Source: Aliivibrio fischeri ES114 (GTDB lineage: Bacteria; Pseudomonadota; Gammaproteobacteria; Enterobacterales; Vibrionaceae). From it: 32,000 bases of DNA. The notes under the pieces were generated by a model. The model searched no databases, was not told the DNA's origin, and saw only the letters and a program-made list of their open reading frames with translations. Position 1 is the first letter of the stretch. Each line of letters opens with the position of its first letter. Positions 27,759-32,000 of the stretch are shown here, piece by piece. The stretch lies in NCBI RefSeq assembly GCF_000011805.1, contig NC_006840.2. The stretch is one strand, 5' to 3'. The position numbers were made by a program, and so were the translations under genes.

Positions 27759-29195
27759 GTGAAAAAGCAATGGACCCGTCGTTCAGCCGCTGCAATAGCA
27801 ATGGTGACTACTTTATTATTAAGTAGCCACAGCTTCGCTGCCTCTGAAAACAATGAACGAGTTGACCCTCGTAATGAAGCCTACGCAAAAGATCATGCCG
27901 ATCAATATGATTCATGGCGATCTACCTCTGATAGTGTGCAAATCGAAGATGCATTAGCTGAAGATCCTAATATGGTGATCTTATGGGCTGGCTACGGTTT
28001 TGCAAAAGACTACAACAAAGCTCGTGGACACTTTTATGCTGTCGATGATGTAAGACAAACCCTTCGTACTGGTGGCCCAACCGATGAAAATTCAGGCCCG
28101 ATGCCAATGGCATGTTGGAGCTGTAAAAGCCCAGATGTTGGCCGAGTTATCGAAGAACAAGGCGAAGATGGTTATTTCTCAGGAAAATGGGCTCGCTTAG
28201 GCAGTGAAATCCAAAACCCTATCGGCTGTGCAGATTGCCATGATACTCGTAGTGAAGAATTTAAAAATGGTGGCCCTGCTCTTGCCTTAACTAAACCTCA
28301 CGTTGAGCGTGCAATGGATGCCATTGGTAAACCTTTTGGTGATCAATCTCGTCTTGATCAACAAGCTGCGGTGTGTGGTCAGTGTCACGTAGAATACTAC
28401 TTCACAGGTAAAACTAAAGCCGTAAAATTCCCTTGGGACAAAGGCACTACCGTTGACGAAATGGAAGAATACTATGATGAGATCGGCTTTAAAGACTGGA
28501 CTCACAAAGTATCTAAAGCGCCTATGTTAAAAGCGCAGCATCCTGGTTATGAAACATGGCGTGATGGTATTCATGGCAAAAACAAAGTAACTTGTGTTGA
28601 CTGTCATATGCCTAAAGTAACCAAAGAAGATGGCACGGTGTACACAGACCATAAAGTAGGTAACCCATTTGATCGTTTTGAAGATACCTGTGCAAATTGT
28701 CACACTCAATCTAAAGAAATGCTTCAAAGTGTTGTTGCAACCCGTAAAGCACAAGTGCTTAAAATGAAACTGACAGCAGAGCGTCAAATCGTTGCTGCTC
28801 ACTTTGAAGCTGGTGCAGCATGGGATGCTGGTGCTACTGAAAAAGAAATGGCACCAATCCTACAAGACATTCGCCACGCACAATGGCGTTGGGATTATGC
28901 GATTGCTTCGCATGGTGTTCATATGCACGCACCAGAAGTTGCTCTAGAAGTGTTAGGTACCGCTGTCGATAAAGCAGCAGACGCTCGAACTAAACTTGTG
29001 CGCTTACTTGCGAAAAAAGGCATTACAGAGCCAGTAGCTATTCCTGATATTTCAACGAAAGCAGCAGCACAAAAAGCATTAGGAATGGACATGGAAGCGA
29101 TGAAAGCTGAGAAGAAACACTTCTTAGAAACCGTTGTTCCAGAGTGGGAAGAACAAGCAAAAGAACGTGAAGCCCGAGATTACGAACCAATGTAA
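27759..29195 (+). CDS. nrfA: Pentaheme ammonia-forming cytochrome c nitrite reductase catalytic subunit
   Basis: GTG start with GGAG upstream. Signal peptide; catalytic CWSCK heme motif plus CADCH, CGQCH, CVDCH and CANCH. Confidence 0.97.
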   Translation: MKKQWTRRSAAAIAMVTTLLLSSHSFAASENNERVDPRNEAYAKDHADQYDSWRSTSDSVQIEDALAEDPNMVILWAGYGFAKDYNKARGHFYAVDDVRQTLRTGGPTDENSGPMPMACWSCKSPDVGRVIEEQGEDGYFSGKWARLGSEIQNPIGCADCHDTRSEEFKNGGPALALTKPHVERAMDAIGKPFGDQSRLDQQAAVCGQCHVEYYFTGKTKAVKFPWDKGTTVDEMEEYYDEIGFKDWTHKVSKAPMLKAQHPGYETWRDGIHGKNKVTCVDCHMPKVTKEDGTVYTDHKVGNPFDRFEDTCANCHTQSKEMLQSVVATRKAQVLKMKLTAERQIVAAHFEAGAAWDAGATEKEMAPILQDIRHAQWRWDYAIASHGVHMHAPEVALEVLGTAVDKAADARTKLVRLLAKKGITEPVAIPDISTKAAAQKALGMDMEAMKAEKKHFLETVVPEWEEQAKEREARDYEPM

Positions 29196-29225
29196 TTACG
29201 ACTAGCTTAAACAGGTAGTAATAAA

Positions 29226-29255
29226 TAAAAAGCCGACAGTTAAGTCGGCTTTTTT
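29226..29255. terminator. Bidirectional terminator between nrfA and nrfG
   Basis: AAAAAGCCGAC-AGTTAA-GTCGGCTTTTT. Confidence 0.85.
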
Positions 29256-29288
29256 ATGTTTCTTATTTATTAGTACAACTTATAAAGT

Positions 29289-29936
29289 TTAATTACGGCG
29301 TGCGTGCATTAACTGTTTGGCTTCATTAATTGAGTTAATAATTGTCACTCGATCAACATCAACTCGCTCAGAATCTAAAATTTTCTGCCACGCATTAATG
29401 GCCTTCTGGTAACGGAAAGTAACAAAATGATCAGAAGCAATTAATGTTAAAGCGGCTTGATTATATTCATCAAGAACTAACGCTTTCTTAAGTAACTCTT
29501 CTACTTCATCGCTCATAATCTGAGAATGTAAATAATACTGAGTCGTCGCTTTTGCTGCATATTGATTGGCTGTTGGCTCTTCTGTTAAACGAATTGCGTA
29601 TCCAAAGCAGATATTCGCATTGTTTAATTCACCATTCAGTAGATAACCCTGCCCTATTTCAAACCACAATTCAGCGTCATTTGGGCTCTGTTTCAGTTGA
29701 TCCTCTAAATAGCGCATCTTATCTTCATAAGAGAGAGGACCTAGTGGCTCTGTAATTAACTCATTTTGTACTGCGTATTTTTCTGGTCTTAATCCAGATG
29801 AAAATACAACAATCACACTGACTACAACAACAAATATCATCCATACAGGATTCAAAGAAGCGGCATTTCCACGGCTATAAAACCACCATAATACTGCCCC
29901 AATAAGAACAAAACTTAGTAACATCGTTATAATCAT
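29289..29936 (-). CDS. nrfG: TPR-containing heme lyase subunit (NrfG/CcmI-like)
   Basis: N-terminal TM helices, then TPR region LEDQLKQSPNDAELWFEIGQGYLLNGELNNANICFGYAIRL. Adjacent to nrfA. Confidence 0.82.
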   Translation of the reverse strand: MIITMLLSFVLIGAVLWWFYSRGNAASLNPVWMIFVVVVSVIVVFSSGLRPEKYAVQNELITEPLGPLSYEDKMRYLEDQLKQSPNDAELWFEIGQGYLLNGELNNANICFGYAIRLTEEPTANQYAAKATTQYYLHSQIMSDEVEELLKKALVLDEYNQAALTLIASDHFVTFRYQKAINAWQKILDSERVDVDRVTIINSINEAKQLMHARRN

Positions 29937-30032
29937 ACTGAGTATCCAAATAAAAAATCGGCCAGATCGTAATTGAAATCATCATTTTTCGCAATGATCG
30001 CCATCATAGATGTCCTTTATCCAAACATAAAA

Positions 30033-30057
30033 AAAGCTTCTTGATCACAGAAGCTTT
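30033..30057 (-). terminator. Terminator downstream of pldA
   Basis: AAAGCTTCT-TGATCAC-AGAAGCTTT, with a T-run on the minus strand. Confidence 0.75.
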
Positions 30058-30085
30058 AAATTTTTCGCAATAAATAGCACTGGCA

Positions 30086-30859
30086 TTAATTTGGCGGCAT
30101 TAATTTAATACCAAGACCAATTCGAGTTTGATCATGGTTATAATCAATTAAGGTTTCCCCATACCCTTTCCATGCTTGTACGTATAAACCAACAAATTTA
30201 TTGACGTTTAATGTATAACCAAGCTCAGCACCACCTTTATCGGTTTCGAAATTATAATGGAAACGAGTACTGAGTGTTCCAATATCATTACCGACAGAAG
30301 CCCAAACATCATAATTACCTAAATAATCCGTAATATCTTCGTTATTTTCTTCATCAGCAATGACATACCAAGCTCTAACGCCATATTGTACAGGGCCATC
30401 AATTCGTTCTAATGCGCCATAAATGCGATCCCAACTACGAGATAAACTTGCTGTTTGACCATTAGATTCATGCATATAACCAAATTCAGCATTGTTAAAA
30501 ATCAACATATTTGACTGATGCATCAAGAAAAATTGTGGCTTATAGTTAGTTTCTCTAAAAGGGGATGAAATATCGCTGTTACCCAACTGCCATAATGACT
30601 TTTGTGTATAAGCAAACATGATTGAGGAACTTTGACTAACTGGGAACAAAGGTACTGCAAATGAAAATTTGAATTTCACTTCAACATCATGAAGGCCATC
30701 AGCATCTTCAAAACCACCATCAATATAGGTTTGTTTGTTCAAATCACTAATATAAGAACCTAAAATATAGCTATCTTCATAGGCATGTATACGATTTAAC
30801 TCTTTTGCGAACGATAAAGAGGGTATTGCCAATGCAATTAATAGCATCCATTTTTTCAT
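30086..30859 (-). CDS. pldA: Outer membrane phospholipase A1 (OMPLA)
   Basis: HYNFETDKGGAELGYTLNVNKFVGLYVQAWKGYGETLIDYNHDQTRIGLGI matches the OMPLA C-terminus. The MKKWMLLIALAIPSLSFA signal peptide starts at the ATG at 30859 (track 30910). Confidence 0.9.
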   Translation of the reverse strand: MKKWMLLIALAIPSLSFAKELNRIHAYEDSYILGSYISDLNKQTYIDGGFEDADGLHDVEVKFKFSFAVPLFPVSQSSSIMFAYTQKSLWQLGNSDISSPFRETNYKPQFFLMHQSNMLIFNNAEFGYMHESNGQTASLSRSWDRIYGALERIDGPVQYGVRAWYVIADEENNEDITDYLGNYDVWASVGNDIGTLSTRFHYNFETDKGGAELGYTLNVNKFVGLYVQAWKGYGETLIDYNHDQTRIGLGIKLMPPN

Positions 30860-30954
30860 AGTCGACCTTTTGTCATTAATTTGCTTTTTTATTGTTAATG
30901 CAAAAAGCATACCTAATAACTAAGGTTTTTATTCATACATTCATAATGTTAATA

Positions 30955-32000
30955 CTATTTGATATCAACTGTTCGACTTGCTTTCTTATACTGCAATTTC
31001 CAACCCGACCAACTTGGTAGCTCCCAGCGTTTAACATCACCTTTACGTTGTCCTTTATGATAATGCAGCAAAATTCGCTTACTTCTCGGAAAATATTCAA
31101 CCGACAATACAAGATCTGGTAGCACAACTTTCTGAGGGTAAGAATCTAGAAAATCTTGAAGCTCCCACTCAGGGATACCATGAAAAACAAAATCTGTTTC
31201 ATCAAATAATTCCATCTCATCAATTGAGCTCACACCAAGAGCTTCTAATTGCTCTTTAAACCAACTCTCAAATGTGACAGAAGAGACTTCTTTATTATTT
31301 AACTGGCAATACAGTTTCCAAGCGGCAATCTCCTTCTCTCTTGCTTCTTTTAATTTAGGCATAAGTAAACCGCTATCAACTTGATTGAGGATCACTGCGA
31401 TATTATCGGTATTATCAGGGGCGACGAATTCCGTTTTCAACTTCCGATTTGCATAAAAGTATTCATGTATTATTTTAAATTCACCATCCTGATTTATTAC
31501 CTCTCCACTTCGACACTCAGCTAATCCAGAATTTAAAACTAACGATAAATCAATCGGTGCCAGTGCCGTCGCAATGGTTAATGTCTGCTTAGAGCCTCTG
31601 CCCGGTAAAGAAAATTGATCAAAAACCAACGCAGCTTCATACGATGATGGAAAACAACTGTTGCGGCCGAGTAAAACTTCTTGCTTCTCATTACCAAATG
31701 CTTCTTTTCGCTTTTCTCTTCTAACAAAAACTAATTCTGGTAATTTTTCTACGAGTTGCAGTAATACTTCTTCACGCTTAATGCGACTACTTACTTCTAA
31801 ATCAGGTAAACCAAGTTCATCTCGGATCTGTATTGATAATTTACGAGCTTCAGATTGCAGCTCTTTATCAACAATAACTCCTTCACATGAATGACCGCGA
31901 ACGATAGAAATTAACGTAATAAGATCACAACCTTTAGGATTCCAACGAGTAAATTCCTCTAATGCATCTTGTTTTTTAGATATTGAATAGAGTTTGTTTG
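30955..32000 (-). CDS. C-terminal part of a DEAD/DEAH helicase-like protein, possibly HrpB-like (partial, runs off the right edge)
   Basis: The track ORF starts at a TTG at 31629, but the frame stays open upstream to the window edge (...TRWNPKGCDLITLISIVRGHSCEGVIVDKELQSEARKLSIQIRDELGLPDLEVSSRIKREEVLLQLVEKLPELVFVRREKRKEAFGNEKQEVLLGRNSCFPSSYEAALVFDQF...). Domain-order resemblance to HrpB C-termini is weak; the helicase motifs themselves would be outside the window. Confidence 0.4.
   Translation of the reverse strand, partial: NKLYSISKKQDALEEFTRWNPKGCDLITLISIVRGHSCEGVIVDKELQSEARKLSIQIRDELGLPDLEVSSRIKREEVLLQLVEKLPELVFVRREKRKEAFGNEKQEVLLGRNSCFPSSYEAALVFDQFSLPGRGSKQTLTIATALAPIDLSLVLNSGLAECRSGEVINQDGEFKIIHEYFYANRKLKTEFVAPDNTDNIAVILNQVDSGLLMPKLKEAREKEIAAWKLYCQLNNKEVSSVTFESWFKEQLEALGVSSIDEMELFDETDFVFHGIPEWELQDFLDSYPQKVVLPDLVLSVEYFPRSKRILLHYHKGQRKGDVKRWELPSWSGWKLQYKKASRTVDIK

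Noticed and set aside
28287-28802. Minus-strand ORFs (72 and 91 aa) opposite nrfA
   Set aside because: Antisense to a highly conserved pentaheme cytochrome gene; no support of their own.
31661-31894. 77-aa plus-strand Ser-rich ORF
   Set aside because: Antisense to the minus-strand frame that stays open from 30955 to the window edge.

Overview
This looks like ordinary, gene-dense, low-GC gammaproteobacterial chromosome, Vibrionaceae/Photobacterium-like by inference. I see no tRNA, rRNA, CRISPR array, transposase or phage hallmark. From left to right it holds: the 5' part of a periplasmic L-asparaginase; a DUF2786-type gene; a GntR regulator; a Met8/CysG-N siroheme gene with a relict C-terminal methyltransferase segment; the aapJQMP amino-acid ABC transporter operon; yccA; a Sel1 / membrane-P-loop protein / MscS / Sel1 neighbourhood; a NUDIX-PAP2 fusion with a GNAT gene; a FadL porin; a PgpB-like PAP2 phosphatase; a LysR regulator; a Dcu transporter with an aspartate racemase; a rearranged nrf (formate-dependent nitrite reductase) cluster with nrfA inverted; pldA; and the C-terminal part of a helicase-like gene running off the right edge. 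The best candidate for something under-described is the translationally coupled pair at 10237-13468. It encodes a multi-TM protein whose cytoplasmic AAA/STAND-like domain has lost the Walker A lysine (GERGVGTTT) and has DS in place of DE at Walker B, followed directly by an MscS-type channel. Secondary items are the relict SUMT fragment, the nrf regulatory region (perfect FNR box plus NarL/P-like heptamers), a 13-bp perfect hairpin between nrfD and nrfE, and a near-consensus CRP site with an imperfect FNR-like site upstream of ansB. All assignments come from reading the sequence and recalling families; no database search was run.
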